64,000 bases of DNA from NCBI GenBank assembly GCA_937903035.1, contig CALCZP010000003.1, positions 1,156-65,155 of the forward strand, written 5' to 3'. Source of the DNA: an uncultured bacterium (GTDB taxonomy: Bacteria > Patescibacteriota > Minisyncoccia > Phycocordibacterales > UBA9973). The position numbers and the translations under genes were made by a program. This document shows, in pieces, positions 47,400 through 57,291 of the stretch (position 1 is its first letter; each line of letters starts with the position of its first letter). Under the pieces are notes generated by a model that saw only the letters and a program-made list of their open reading frames with translations, was not told where the DNA came from and ran no database searches.

Positions 47400-49865
47400 A
47401 TGCCTAAAACTCACTGGTTCTCATTGAAAAAAATAGCTCTTATTGGTGTCGCAGTCGTTCTCTTTTTCATCGGCGCAGGGCTCATCTGGGCAAGTACCAT
47501 CAAACTCCCCGATATCTCAACCTTTGAAGCGCGCAAGATCGCCAATTCATCTAAAATTACTGATCGAACCGGTGAAGTGGTTCTCTATGATATTCATCAA
47601 TCAGTACGTCGTACTGAAATTCCACTCGATCAAATGGGAGATAATATCAAAAATGCAGTCATTGCAGTTGAAGATGCACACTTCTATGAACACAAAGGTA
47701 TCCGTCCAACCTCAATCATTCGAGTAATCTTTGTAAATCTCTTTAAGGGAAGCTTTGAACAAGGAGGATCCACTATCACGCAGCAAATTATTAAAAATAC
47801 ACTTTTGAATACTGATAAAACTATCATCCGAAAAGCAAAGGAGTGGATCCTTGCAGTGAAACTTGAGCGCTATTTTACTAAGGATCAAATCCTGCAAATC
47901 TATCTCAATGACGCACCATTTGGAAGCACCATCTATGGTGTTGAAGAAGCATCAAAAGCGTTCTTTAATAAAAGTGCAAAAGATCTCACTATTGCTGAAT
48001 CAGCATATCTTGCAGCAATGCTTCCAGCACCGAGCTACTACTCCCCTCTCGGTTCACACAAAGACAAACTTGATGCACGCAAGAATCTTGTGCTCAAGAA
48101 AATGAATCAGTACGAGTATATTACCGACGAAGAACTCACCTCAGCAACAAAAACAGTAGTTGTTTTTAATCCTGCAGCATCAAATAGTATCAAGGCACCA
48201 CATTTTGTATTTTATATTTTAGATTATCTCCAGAAGAAATATGGTGAGGATGTAATGGAAACAGGTGGCTATACTATTAAAACAACACTTGATTATGAGC
48301 TCCAACAAAAAGGAGAAGAAATTGTTAAAACAAAAGCACTAGAAAACGAAAAGAAATTTCGTGCATCAAACTCAAGTTTAGTAGCAATAGATCCAACAAC
48401 AGGACAAATACTCACCATGGTTGGGTCACGCGACTATTTTGATAAAACAATTGATGGTGCCTACAATATTGCAACTGCACAACGTCAACCAGGCTCATCA
48501 TTTAAACCTTTTATTTATGCCACTGCATTTGGTAAGGGGTATACACCTGAAACAGTTCTCTTTGATGTACCAACTGAGTTCTCTACCACATGTAGTAATA
48601 ATCCTGATACTTGTTATCACCCAGGCAACTTTGATGATAAATTTAAAGGGCCAATAAGTCTTCGAAGTGCACTTGCTGAATCACGAAACGTACCAGCAGT
48701 GAAACTTCTCTATCTTGTAGGTATTGACGATGCTGTTGATACAGCTCATAAACTTGGTATTACAACACTTACTGATCCAAAAGAATTTGGCCTCTCACTT
48801 GTGCTCGGAGGTGGTGAAGTTACTCTTCTTGATATGACTGGTGCATATGGTGGATTTGCAAATAGTGGGATCAAAAATCCTACAACAGGCATTCTTGAAA
48901 TACGAGATATGAAAGGAACTATTATTGAACAATATGAACAAAATCCTTTTGAAGCAATACAAAAGAATGAAGCATTAACCCTTAATGATGTTCTAAGTGA
49001 TGCAAATGCTCGTATCCCAACATTTGGAAGTCAAATTACTATACCTGGCGTTGCAGTAAAAACTGGTACTACTAACGATGATCGTGACGCATGGATTGTT
49101 GGCTACACTCCTACCCTTTCAGTTGGTGTATGGAGTGGTAATAATAATAATGCAAAGACTACTAGTGGTGGCGCAGCAATTTCAGGTCCTATTTGGAAAG
49201 CTTTTATGGAAGAAGCGCTCAAGAAAATTCCTGCAACACCGTTTGAGAAACCAATTCCAAATCCTGAATATGACAAACTTAAGCCAGTACTTCGTGGACA
49301 ATGGATGGGTAATCGAAGTGTCTGGATCGACAAAGTTACCGGACTTCTCGCAACCAAAGACACACCTCCTGAAGCTCGTATAGAAAAAGTTATTACTGAT
49401 GTCCAAGATATTCTCTATTGGATAAATAAAAAAGATCCAACTGGACCGGTACCATCAAACCCTGCGAGTGATCCACAATTTTATTTATGGAATACTCCTG
49501 TGCAGAAATGGTGGGAAGCAAATAAAGGTAAATACGGTATTACCACTGAAAATGATCTCCCAACCTCTTATGAAACAATTCATTCATCAAATACAAGTAC
49601 ATTATCAATTAAGGGATTAAAAGATGACATGAAAACAACTGATACAGCAACAGTAATGGTTTCAATAAGTGGACAGTACCCTCTCACTTCAGTCGACCTC
49701 TTTATGAATGAGAACTATCTCACTACCCTCTCTGCTCCGTTTCGATTTGTATTCACTCCAAAAGAATATGGATATCTACCAGGTAATTACACCTTTAAAG
49801 CCATAGGAACAAACTCTGTATACTCAAAAACAACAGCAACAAGCTCTATTACACTTACCCAATAG
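47400..49865 (+). CDS. Class A penicillin-binding protein (PBP1A family)
   Basis: EDAHF, GGSTITQQ, RKAKE (GT51); SSFK, SRN, KTG (transpeptidase); C-terminal Ig-like domain. Confidence 0.95.
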   Translation: MPKTHWFSLKKIALIGVAVVLFFIGAGLIWASTIKLPDISTFEARKIANSSKITDRTGEVVLYDIHQSVRRTEIPLDQMGDNIKNAVIAVEDAHFYEHKGIRPTSIIRVIFVNLFKGSFEQGGSTITQQIIKNTLLNTDKTIIRKAKEWILAVKLERYFTKDQILQIYLNDAPFGSTIYGVEEASKAFFNKSAKDLTIAESAYLAAMLPAPSYYSPLGSHKDKLDARKNLVLKKMNQYEYITDEELTSATKTVVVFNPAASNSIKAPHFVFYILDYLQKKYGEDVMETGGYTIKTTLDYELQQKGEEIVKTKALENEKKFRASNSSLVAIDPTTGQILTMVGSRDYFDKTIDGAYNIATAQRQPGSSFKPFIYATAFGKGYTPETVLFDVPTEFSTTCSNNPDTCYHPGNFDDKFKGPISLRSALAESRNVPAVKLLYLVGIDDAVDTAHKLGITTLTDPKEFGLSLVLGGGEVTLLDMTGAYGGFANSGIKNPTTGILEIRDMKGTIIEQYEQNPFEAIQKNEALTLNDVLSDANARIPTFGSQITIPGVAVKTGTTNDDRDAWIVGYTPTLSVGVWSGNNNNAKTTSGGAAISGPIWKAFMEEALKKIPATPFEKPIPNPEYDKLKPVLRGQWMGNRSVWIDKVTGLLATKDTPPEARIEKVITDVQDILYWINKKDPTGPVPSNPASDPQFYLWNTPVQKWWEANKGKYGITTENDLPTSYETIHSSNTSTLSIKGLKDDMKTTDTATVMVSISGQYPLTSVDLFMNENYLTTLSAPFRFVFTPKEYGYLPGNYTFKAIGTNSVYSKTTATSSITLTQ

Positions 49866-50106
49866 AGTGTATTGAGGAATCGAATGCCTGAACTTTCTTC
49901 AATAAAACATCTTGATTAAGTTTAAGCGCCATCTTTACTGTCGAAGGAATACGAAGTGAGAGCTTCCCCTTAGTAATACTAATTTGTGTTGGAGTGATAG
50001 TGATATGGAGTACTTCACTACAAATAGCTGCAAGTGTTTCAGTGTACGTAGTTTGCTTGTCGATGTTTTTCTTGAGATCGGCAAGAATAGACTGAAAGAG
50101 TGACAT
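49855..50106 (-). CDS. Hypothetical protein, possibly DciA/DUF721-like
   Basis: Starts 1 nt after the dnaN stop; KGKLSLRIPSTVKMALKLNQDVLLKKV resembles the DciA KH-like core. Confidence 0.5.
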   Translation of the reverse strand: MSLFQSILADLKKNIDKQTTYTETLAAICSEVLHITITPTQISITKGKLSLRIPSTVKMALKLNQDVLLKKVQAFDSSIHSIG

Positions 50107-50107
50107 A

Positions 50108-51205
50108 TTAACGGTTTGTTGGCATGATCAAATATAGGAAGGAGGTATCCTGTACACTTCGTACTACAATAGGCTTATTTGGCGCTGTAAATGATATTGA
50201 GACACTATCGCCAGAGAGTGCTTGAAAGACATCGAGAAAGTACTTTAGATTGAAACTAACCTCAATCCCCTCACCTTCAACAACGGCATCAATTGATGAA
50301 ACCGATGAACCGACATCATTATTCTTTGAATCAATTGTAATTCTCTTATTAACAGGAGAAACAGAAAAAAGTACTTGGAAAAATTTGTCAGCAAAAATAG
50401 TTGAGAGGCGAAGTGTTGAAATAAGCTCTTGTTTCATAAGTACCACCTTAGTTGTTTCAGTTTTTGGAATAATAAGTTGATACTGTGGAAAGGCCCCATC
50501 AATCAGTCGAGTAGTAAAGTAAATACCATTTCCCGAAAGTGATAACTGGTTTCGAGTAAATGTTAATTGAAGATTCTCTGGTGCATTATCAAGTACTTTT
50601 AATATATCAGCAATATTTTTATATGGAATCAATATTTTTGGAATATCAGGAATATTCTTAACCTTTAATTTCTTTTCAGCGAGACGGAATGAGTCGGTTG
50701 CGACAAAACAGAGGTTAGTATCTTCACTATAAATAAAAATACTTGCAATCTCAGGCTTAATCTCAGTGATAGCAGCAGAAAAGTACACCGAACGAATACC
50801 TTCTTGAAATACCGTACTTTTAATTTCAAAACTTTCACCTTCAACAGTAGGAAGTGTTGGGAAGTCATCATGGTTAAGACATTTAAGTACAGTCTTTGAT
50901 TGTAGGGTCGCAATAGTGAGATTATCTGCTTCAAGTGTAAGTGAGAGCTCTAGATTATCCTTTAAATTTCCACAAACATTTGATAGTAAGTCCCCTTTTA
51001 CAAGTACAATACCTTCTTCTTCAATCGTTGCAGGGATATCTATCTCAATTCCAACATTGAGATTAGTAGCTCTGATCTTGAGAGATTTTCCTGAAGCATT
51101 AATAAGGAGTCCATGAAGTGATGGGAGAGTGAGATTCTTGCCAGTCATACGCTCTGCAAGGGATACTGCTTGTTTTATTTTTTCTACGGTACATCGAGCT
51201 TTCAT
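50108..51205 (-). CDS. dnaN: DNA polymerase III beta clamp
   Basis: RATNL, DDFPTLP, VATDSFRLAE, RLIDGAFPQY, FNLKYFLD, YLIMP. Confidence 0.97.
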   Translation of the reverse strand: MKARCTVEKIKQAVSLAERMTGKNLTLPSLHGLLINASGKSLKIRATNLNVGIEIDIPATIEEEGIVLVKGDLLSNVCGNLKDNLELSLTLEADNLTIATLQSKTVLKCLNHDDFPTLPTVEGESFEIKSTVFQEGIRSVYFSAAITEIKPEIASIFIYSEDTNLCFVATDSFRLAEKKLKVKNIPDIPKILIPYKNIADILKVLDNAPENLQLTFTRNQLSLSGNGIYFTTRLIDGAFPQYQLIIPKTETTKVVLMKQELISTLRLSTIFADKFFQVLFSVSPVNKRITIDSKNNDVGSSVSSIDAVVEGEGIEVSFNLKYFLDVFQALSGDSVSISFTAPNKPIVVRSVQDTSFLYLIMPTNR

Positions 51206-51401
51206 AGTAGTGTTTTATTTTTTATTAATTGATTGAGTAGTTAGTATGTGTTGTGGATTGGGGAAAAGATGATTGTACGTTTTTAAATAAGGATTTTTTA
51301 AATATGAGCACTGTGTGCGAATTGGTGATATATCCTCCCTTTTTCTTATACCTAGTATTTTTCCGCAAGTTATTCATCGTGGTATTAGGATGTTTTCCAC
51401 A
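51206..51401. other. oriC: Probable replication origin (oriC), dnaA-dnaN intergenic part
   Basis: DnaA-box-like TTTTCCACA, TTTTCCGCA, TGTGGATTG; on the minus strand a box followed by TACTAACTACT (DnaA-trio-like) and an AT-rich tract before dnaN. Confidence 0.7.
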
Positions 51402-52763
51402 TCATTTAAACAATATGCGGATATCCTCAATCTCTTTCATTAGACTCGGGTTATGTACTAACTCACTTTTAATTTTTTCATACGAATGAATGACTGTACT
51501 ATGATCTTTACCACCAAGTTTTGAACCGATTGATGGGTATGACTCATTGAAATCCTCTCGAAGGACGAACATAATGACTTGTCGTGCTCGAACAATTTCT
51601 TTACGCCGTGTTTTCTCATAAATAGTACGTTCATCAAGATTGTAATACCCTGATACAAGTTTCACTACTGTATCAAAAGACACCATTTTCTTTGGTTTAA
51701 CACTATTTTTAATAAGTAATTTAATCTCACTGAGTGCAACAGGTTTTTGACGCATTTCAGAATGCATTGCAATAACATTGAGTATTCCTTCAAGTTCACG
51801 GATACTTCCGGTTGCAACTGAAGAGATATATTGGAGAACCTCATTATCAAGTGGATATGGAAGTGTTGCAGCCTTTTCTCGAATAATAGCAAGACGTGAC
51901 TCCATATCTGGTTCTTGAATATCAATAGTCATACCTGCATTAAATCGTGTTTTAAGACGATCTTCGAGACCGAGGATGTGGTTTGGATGTTTATCAGATG
52001 AAAAGATAATATTCTTCCCTTGCTCATAGAGCGTATTAAAGAGGTGAAATAGTTCGTTCTGAGTACCATCTTTTCCTGAGATAAATTGGATATCATCAAT
52101 GATTAATACGTCTATTTTTCGAAACTTCTCACGGAATGACTGCTGACGATTGTTTTGTACTGAAGTCACAAACTCATTCATAAACTTTTCAAGTGAGGTA
52201 TAGAGTACATGCTTTTCAGGGAATGCTTTTTTAATCTCATTACCAATAGCTTGGATAAGGTGAGTCTTCCCTAAACCACTCTCACCATAGATAAAGAGTG
52301 GATTGTAGGCACTCTGAGGACGTTTTACCACTGCCTGGGAGGCTGCGTATGCAAGCTCGTTGAATGAGCCAACAATAAAACGATCAAAGGTGTATCGAGG
52401 GTTAAGGTTATCATCTCTATTAATATAGAGATCTTGCATTGGAAGTTGTGTTTTCTCTGTAAAAAGTGAATCGGTTGTTGTAGTTGTTGTAGGAGGAGTA
52501 AAGCGGCTGATAACAAATTCAACCCCTCGAATATTGTCGATATGGTTTACTAATGTCTTTAAAATAACTTTTTGGTATTTGGTTACCATCCATTCTCGTA
52601 CAAATTCGTTTGGTACTCCTATGTAAATAATACCCTCCTCTTCTTTAGTGATAGTGGTGTTCTTAAACCAGGTACTGAAATTACCTTTTGTGACTTCCTG
52701 TTCTATTTCTCCTAGGCAAGTGTTCCAGAGTGTGGAGAGGTCGTAGTGCATGGTATCTATCAT
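51402..52763 (-). CDS. dnaA: Chromosomal replication initiator DnaA
   Basis: LNPRYTFDRF, YNPLFIYG.SGLGKTHL, IDDIQF, IRELEG, GGKDHSTVIH. Confidence 0.98.
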   Translation of the reverse strand: MIDTMHYDLSTLWNTCLGEIEQEVTKGNFSTWFKNTTITKEEEGIIYIGVPNEFVREWMVTKYQKVILKTLVNHIDNIRGVEFVISRFTPPTTTTTTDSLFTEKTQLPMQDLYINRDDNLNPRYTFDRFIVGSFNELAYAASQAVVKRPQSAYNPLFIYGESGLGKTHLIQAIGNEIKKAFPEKHVLYTSLEKFMNEFVTSVQNNRQQSFREKFRKIDVLIIDDIQFISGKDGTQNELFHLFNTLYEQGKNIIFSSDKHPNHILGLEDRLKTRFNAGMTIDIQEPDMESRLAIIREKAATLPYPLDNEVLQYISSVATGSIRELEGILNVIAMHSEMRQKPVALSEIKLLIKNSVKPKKMVSFDTVVKLVSGYYNLDERTIYEKTRRKEIVRARQVIMFVLREDFNESYPSIGSKLGGKDHSTVIHSYEKIKSELVHNPSLMKEIEDIRILFK

Positions 52764-52876
52764 ACCGAGTATTGGGTAGCTATCAAAATTGTGTATATCA
52801 TGTGGATAGTGTTGATTATAGCAATATATATCAGGCTTGATTAAATAAACCTTTTTGTGTATAGTGAGCGAGTTAT
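52764..52876. promoter_or_regulatory. dnaA-rpmH divergent promoter region with DnaA boxes
   Basis: TGTGTATAT, TGTGGATAG, TGTGTATAG box-like 9-mers. Confidence 0.6.
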
Positions 52877-53011
52877 ATGTCTCAAACATACCAACCTAAA
52901 AAACGAAAGCGCGCAACTACTCATGGATTTCTCGTCCGTAGCGCTAGTGCGACTGGTCAGAAAGTCCTTCAGGCACGTCGCCGTAAGGGACGCGCTAAAA
53001 TCGCTGTCTAG
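52877..53011 (+). CDS. rpmH: 50S ribosomal protein L34
   Basis: Manual translation [44 protein letters not shown]; canonical position. Confidence 0.96.
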   Translation: MSQTYQPKKRKRATTHGFLVRSASATGQKVLQARRRKGRAKIAV

Positions 53012-53013
53012 CT

Positions 53014-53337
53014 ATGTTGCCGTCAACTGAACGGCTTACTCGCCTCGAGTTTCCTCTTGTACTTACTAATCCGTCTCTTAAAACGGTCTATAATGCGCTT
53101 GGTACCCTTAAATATACCACTACACTACCTTTGAAATGTGCTGTAATTACAAGCTCAAAACACGAAAAACGCGCTGTTATACGCAATAAACTTCGCCGAC
53201 GCATCTATACACAAATGGTTGGTTTTCCAGGGTCTGCTGTTTTGTATGTTTCAAAACAAAGTTATGGTATGGAATATCAACAAATAGAGCAGCTTTGGCA
53301 TGAATTACTCTCAAAAATTCAAAAAAATACCAAATAA
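53014..53337 (+). CDS. rnpA: Ribonuclease P protein component
   Basis: MLP..RL, KRAVIRNKLRRR (RNR motif); synteny with rpmH and yidD. Confidence 0.88.
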   Translation: MLPSTERLTRLEFPLVLTNPSLKTVYNALGTLKYTTTLPLKCAVITSSKHEKRAVIRNKLRRRIYTQMVGFPGSAVLYVSKQSYGMEYQQIEQLWHELLSKIQKNTK

Positions 53338-53566
53338 TATAGCTATTTTAGCTATTAAGGTATATCGAGGACTACTCTCGCCTTCAGTCGGATTGTTGCG
53401 ATTTTTACCTCTATATCCGACTAATACCTGTATTTTTCATCCAACATGTTCTCAGTATGCCATTATGGCCTATACAAAATACGGGTTTTTTGACGCAACC
53501 CATAAAACAATAGGTCGTATTGGTCGTTGTCATCCTAGAAATACACCTTCTGTTGACTATCCTTAA
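53300..53566 (+). CDS. yidD: Membrane protein insertion efficiency factor YidD
   Basis: CIFHPTCSQYA...RIGRCHP...D.P. Confidence 0.92.
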   Translation: MNYSQKFKKIPNNIAILAIKVYRGLLSPSVGLLRFLPLYPTNTCIFHPTCSQYAIMAYTKYGFFDATHKTIGRIGRCHPRNTPSVDYP

Positions 53567-53595
53567 GGTAGGTTTTAGACTACACTACCCTTTAT

Positions 53596-54300
53596 ATGCA
53601 AACATTGTGGACCAACTTCATTTACGACCCTATTTATAACGCCCTTATTTTTATTGCACAGAACTTAACCTGGCAAGACGTTGGTGTGGCGGTTATCGTC
53701 CTTACTATCCTTATTCGGCTCATATTGATGCCCCTTTCTAAGAAAAGTATTGCTGGACAGTATAAAATGAAGCTTTTAGAGCCAAAGCTTGCTGCTATCA
53801 AGGCAAAAGGTCTTTCAAAAGAAGAAGAAGCAAAAGAAACCTTTGCACTTTATAAGACTGAGAAAATTAACCCGTTTTCAGGATGTCTTTATCTCTTAAT
53901 CCAACTTCCAATTCTTTTTGCCCTCTACTTCACGTTTATGCGTGGTGTGATTCAGCCGGAGCACTTGTACTCATTCCTTTCAACTGAAGGTCTCCATAAT
54001 ACACTATTTGGACTTATTGATATCACTAAGCCATTTCTACCACTCGCTATCCTTGCGGGTATTAGTCAGGGTGTACAGGCATATTTTGCACCAAAACCGT
54101 CGATTCCAACTGATGGAAAAGGATTTCAGGCACAATTTGCGCAGAGTCTTTCACTCCAGACTAAATATATCCTCCCAATTATCATTATCCTTATCGCTAG
54201 TCGTCTTGCCGCCGCTGTCGCGCTCTATTGGACCATTACCAATATCTTTTCTATTGTTCAGGAATACTATCTCCGAAAACGTTTTGCCGTTAGTTCTTAA
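53596..54300 (+). CDS. yidC: Membrane protein insertase YidC (short form)
   Basis: IVLTILIRLIL.PL, NPFSGCL.LLIQLPI.FALY, ALYW..TN.FSIVQ. Confidence 0.94.
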   Translation: MQTLWTNFIYDPIYNALIFIAQNLTWQDVGVAVIVLTILIRLILMPLSKKSIAGQYKMKLLEPKLAAIKAKGLSKEEEAKETFALYKTEKINPFSGCLYLLIQLPILFALYFTFMRGVIQPEHLYSFLSTEGLHNTLFGLIDITKPFLPLAILAGISQGVQAYFAPKPSIPTDGKGFQAQFAQSLSLQTKYILPIIIILIASRLAAAVALYWTITNIFSIVQEYYLRKRFAVSS

Positions 54301-55545
54301 TTAAAACGAGAGCTGCCATAACAGGCCAGTTGGCTTGTCGATAAAAAAGACGATATCTTGGTTCTCATCTACCTGAAGATTAGTTGCATCAGGTGCTCGC
54401 TCTGTACCATCTGAAAGAATCGTGTAGGTATTACTTGTTGTATAGATACGATAGAACTTATCTTTAAAGCTAACAAGTCCGCTATACCACATGTCAGGGT
54501 AGCTTCCGGGTGCCATTTCCCCATTTCCTGCACAGATGAGATCCTCATTTTTAAGCCAAGTACATTTTTCAGGGAGTAGTGCAATATTTAGATTGTTTGA
54601 TACCCCTGTTTTCGTATTTAAAAGCCGAGTAATAAAGCCAGTACTTGTGCTTTGTGAGTATAAAATATAGGTCCCACTTGGACTTACTGATGTGGTAAGA
54701 CCTTTAATATTCCCAAGTACGCGAACAAGTCTTCGATCAGTTGTATCTATTTTATAGAGAAAACCATCTGCAATAGCTGCTGCTTTGGTTTGGAGCCAAA
54801 CTGTTTTTGGTGTTGATTGAATAATTATCCATTCATGAAACGGTGTTCGAAGGAGCTCTTTTCTACCTGTATTTTGACTAGTTGCGCTCAAAATACTAGC
54901 GTTTTGAGTATCACTTGTGAGATATGTAATCTGTTTTTGGTCGGCATAAACTGAAAGGTTGGTGATTTTTTCAGGAAGATATATCCCCTGTTTTTGCGTT
55001 CTAGTACCATCTTGGTTTTCAGGTGGAATCGGAACACTATATGTTGCGATTGTGCGCTGGTCATCACGAAGAAAACGAAGGATTGCAGTATTGTTTGTAT
55101 CCGCAAAGTGTCCTTCATAAACGTTAGGAATATAGATATTACTGATCTGAAGCGGTGTTGTACTGTTTCGGATCTCATACACATAGCCATTCCCTCGAGC
55201 AATATAGCGAATAACACGATCAACCACTGTTTCTGTTGTTGGTTTTTTCTTGGGATCCTCTGAAGGGATCGTCTTTGATAGGGTTTGAGTAAATGCAGAA
55301 AAACCCGCAACAGGGCTTTGGCTAAGCTGTTTGAACTTTAGTGATGTATTCTGACCTGTTTGAACGCCAGTACTACCATCATTGATAATGAGATCGCTTC
55401 CGGGTGCTACCAATGCATCACTAGGAAAGAATGTTGTTGCACCTGGAGGTTGTTCAGTACTAGTTGGTTGTTTTTTACTGTACCAATACAAAATTCCTGT
55501 GCTAACCAATAGAATTATTACTATCACAATAAGTACTTTTCGCAT
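54301..55545 (-). CDS. Membrane-anchored beta-propeller-like hypothetical protein (end of T4SS-like locus)
   Basis: N-terminal TM; repeated beta blades (SVSPSG..ILYS); EKCTW...LICA...PD.WYSG..SF.D. Confidence 0.7.
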   Translation of the reverse strand: MRKVLIVIVIILLVSTGILYWYSKKQPTSTEQPPGATTFFPSDALVAPGSDLIINDGSTGVQTGQNTSLKFKQLSQSPVAGFSAFTQTLSKTIPSEDPKKKPTTETVVDRVIRYIARGNGYVYEIRNSTTPLQISNIYIPNVYEGHFADTNNTAILRFLRDDQRTIATYSVPIPPENQDGTRTQKQGIYLPEKITNLSVYADQKQITYLTSDTQNASILSATSQNTGRKELLRTPFHEWIIIQSTPKTVWLQTKAAAIADGFLYKIDTTDRRLVRVLGNIKGLTTSVSPSGTYILYSQSTSTGFITRLLNTKTGVSNNLNIALLPEKCTWLKNEDLICAGNGEMAPGSYPDMWYSGLVSFKDKFYRIYTTSNTYTILSDGTERAPDATNLQVDENQDIVFFIDKPTGLLWQLSF

Positions 55546-55570
55546 ACAAGTATTGTACTATATGTAGAAT

Positions 55571-57271
55571 TTATATTCTTCGAATGTATAAAGAATATTT
55601 CTTCTGAATACGAGTATTTGCCCATTTAACAATAGGGTTTTCTCCTACAGAAGGGTTTGGGGATGAACGGACATCCATAAGGGTTCCATCTCCTATATAG
55701 ATGAGTACATGCCCCCCTGATGTATAAGGTTTAGCACCACCCGCTTGCCATCCTATTAAATCGCCAACCTTAACCTCAATACCATTTATAAGATATTTAC
55801 CGTTTTTATTTTCGACAGTTATTATTTTTTCTGTTCCATTAAAAATATCACCAGTAAATGCTTCTGTTTTTGGTGTTATTCCCGCACATGAAAGTACTGT
55901 ATTTACATATGAACTACAATCAAGATTGATTACGGTAGATGAATATGCGGTTCCTCGTGCATCTTGTGAATAAGATACTCTACCCTTAAAACTCTGTGCA
56001 ATAGTAGGTATTGTACCAGCGCCAATATTTTTTGCGGGACAAATAATTCCTGCTGGGAATTTAATACTTTTAAAATCATATCCAGTTCCACCTTTTCCTG
56101 ACCCCACTGATCCTGATTTTGGTGGTATATCCCCTCCTTCTTCAAAATCTACCCCCACCGCCACCTTATTCAAGCTAATACTATTCTCTACAAGCTTCGG
56201 ATTGATGGTATTTAATATCAGATAGGCAGACAATGCCAACGCAAGCCCTCCTAATGCCTCAAAGAAGCCACTCTTGGCACTTGCCTTCAAAAACGGTATA
56301 TCAGTCACAATATACTGATATCCCTCATAGACGAGACGAAGCACCAACAATACTGCCGCCAAACTCACCAACAGTTTGAACATATAGTTCAGAAAGTCAT
56401 TAATGTCACAGATCTCCCCTCCCTTTCCCTTCTGAGATCGTTGTTCTTCACACAGGTCAGGATCCAAAAGTACTGAGAGTCCTGGAAATGGTGCAAGGAG
56501 ACGGTATGAGCGGGAGTCGAAGTCGGATTGAACAGAAGCTGCGTCTGTTGCAACTTTTCCTTTGTCAGAAGTGAGTATGCCAACATCAGTAACCATCTGC
56601 TTCCCTGTTGGAGAAGTGAGAAGTATTTTATAGTAGTACTTCACTTCGGTACCAAGGTCATTCAATGACCAATAGAGAGATCCGTCTGCGGCAACACCTT
56701 CAGTACTTCCTGAGATATCTGTTTTTGATTTAAAGAGCTTAGTACTACCCGAAGCATTCATTACTCCATCAGGAAGTGGTACGGTATCTAGATATAATGT
56801 CGCGGTGAATTTCTTGAAATCAGGGTGAATTGTTGTATTAATTTTACTACTAACAATTAGTGGAGTGCCTTTGGTTATTGTTGCAGGATCTGCTGCAAGG
56901 AATGTTTCTTGTGGAGTAACGATATAAAAGTCTTTCCCTTGGGCGTCACGTGCGGCAAGTCCAACAAAATAGCGTTTATCGGTCGGTATAGTGGTAACTA
57001 CTTGTGAGGCAGTTGCACCAGGCTTCAAATTGTTAATAGCGACAGTACTACTGCCTGAAACTTTAGTGTCCTGATTTAGTATTGTTGTCGTTGAAGGCGT
57101 AAAAACAAGATAGAATAACTTGTTTTTGTCAGTTGTCGGTAGGGTATATGTTACTAAAAGGCCACCTTGTTGTAATTGAGATGTAAGTGTATATCCATTA
57201 CCAGCGTGCACTAGATTGATCGGAATAACTACAAGGAGAAAGCCAAGAAGTGCAATAAAGCCCTTTTTCAT
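55571..57271 (-). CDS. Pilin-like membrane module fused to a C-terminal NlpC/P60 peptidoglycan endopeptidase
   Basis: Signal peptide; beta-rich N-domain; 2-TM module ending YLILNTINPKLV; C-terminal YSQ...LDCSSYV...VGDLI...GHVLIYIGDG. Confidence 0.8.
   Translation of the reverse strand: MKKGFIALLGFLLVVIPINLVHAGNGYTLTSQLQQGGLLVTYTLPTTDKNKLFYLVFTPSTTTILNQDTKVSGSSTVAINNLKPGATASQVVTTIPTDKRYFVGLAARDAQGKDFYIVTPQETFLAADPATITKGTPLIVSSKINTTIHPDFKKFTATLYLDTVPLPDGVMNASGSTKLFKSKTDISGSTEGVAADGSLYWSLNDLGTEVKYYYKILLTSPTGKQMVTDVGILTSDKGKVATDAASVQSDFDSRSYRLLAPFPGLSVLLDPDLCEEQRSQKGKGGEICDINDFLNYMFKLLVSLAAVLLVLRLVYEGYQYIVTDIPFLKASAKSGFFEALGGLALALSAYLILNTINPKLVENSISLNKVAVGVDFEEGGDIPPKSGSVGSGKGGTGYDFKSIKFPAGIICPAKNIGAGTIPTIAQSFKGRVSYSQDARGTAYSSTVINLDCSSYVNTVLSCAGITPKTEAFTGDIFNGTEKIITVENKNGKYLINGIEVKVGDLIGWQAGGAKPYTSGGHVLIYIGDGTLMDVRSSPNPSVGENPIVKWANTRIQKKYSLYIRRI
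56153..56524. repeat. 372-bp direct repeat, copy 1 (pilin-like module)
   Basis: Identical by eye to 58081-58452. Confidence 0.95.
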
Positions 57272-57291
57272 TCTTCAAGTGTACCACGGTA

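Noticed and set aside
52764-52889. N-terminal extension of DnaA
   Set aside because: Runs through the DnaA-box promoter region and into rpmH.
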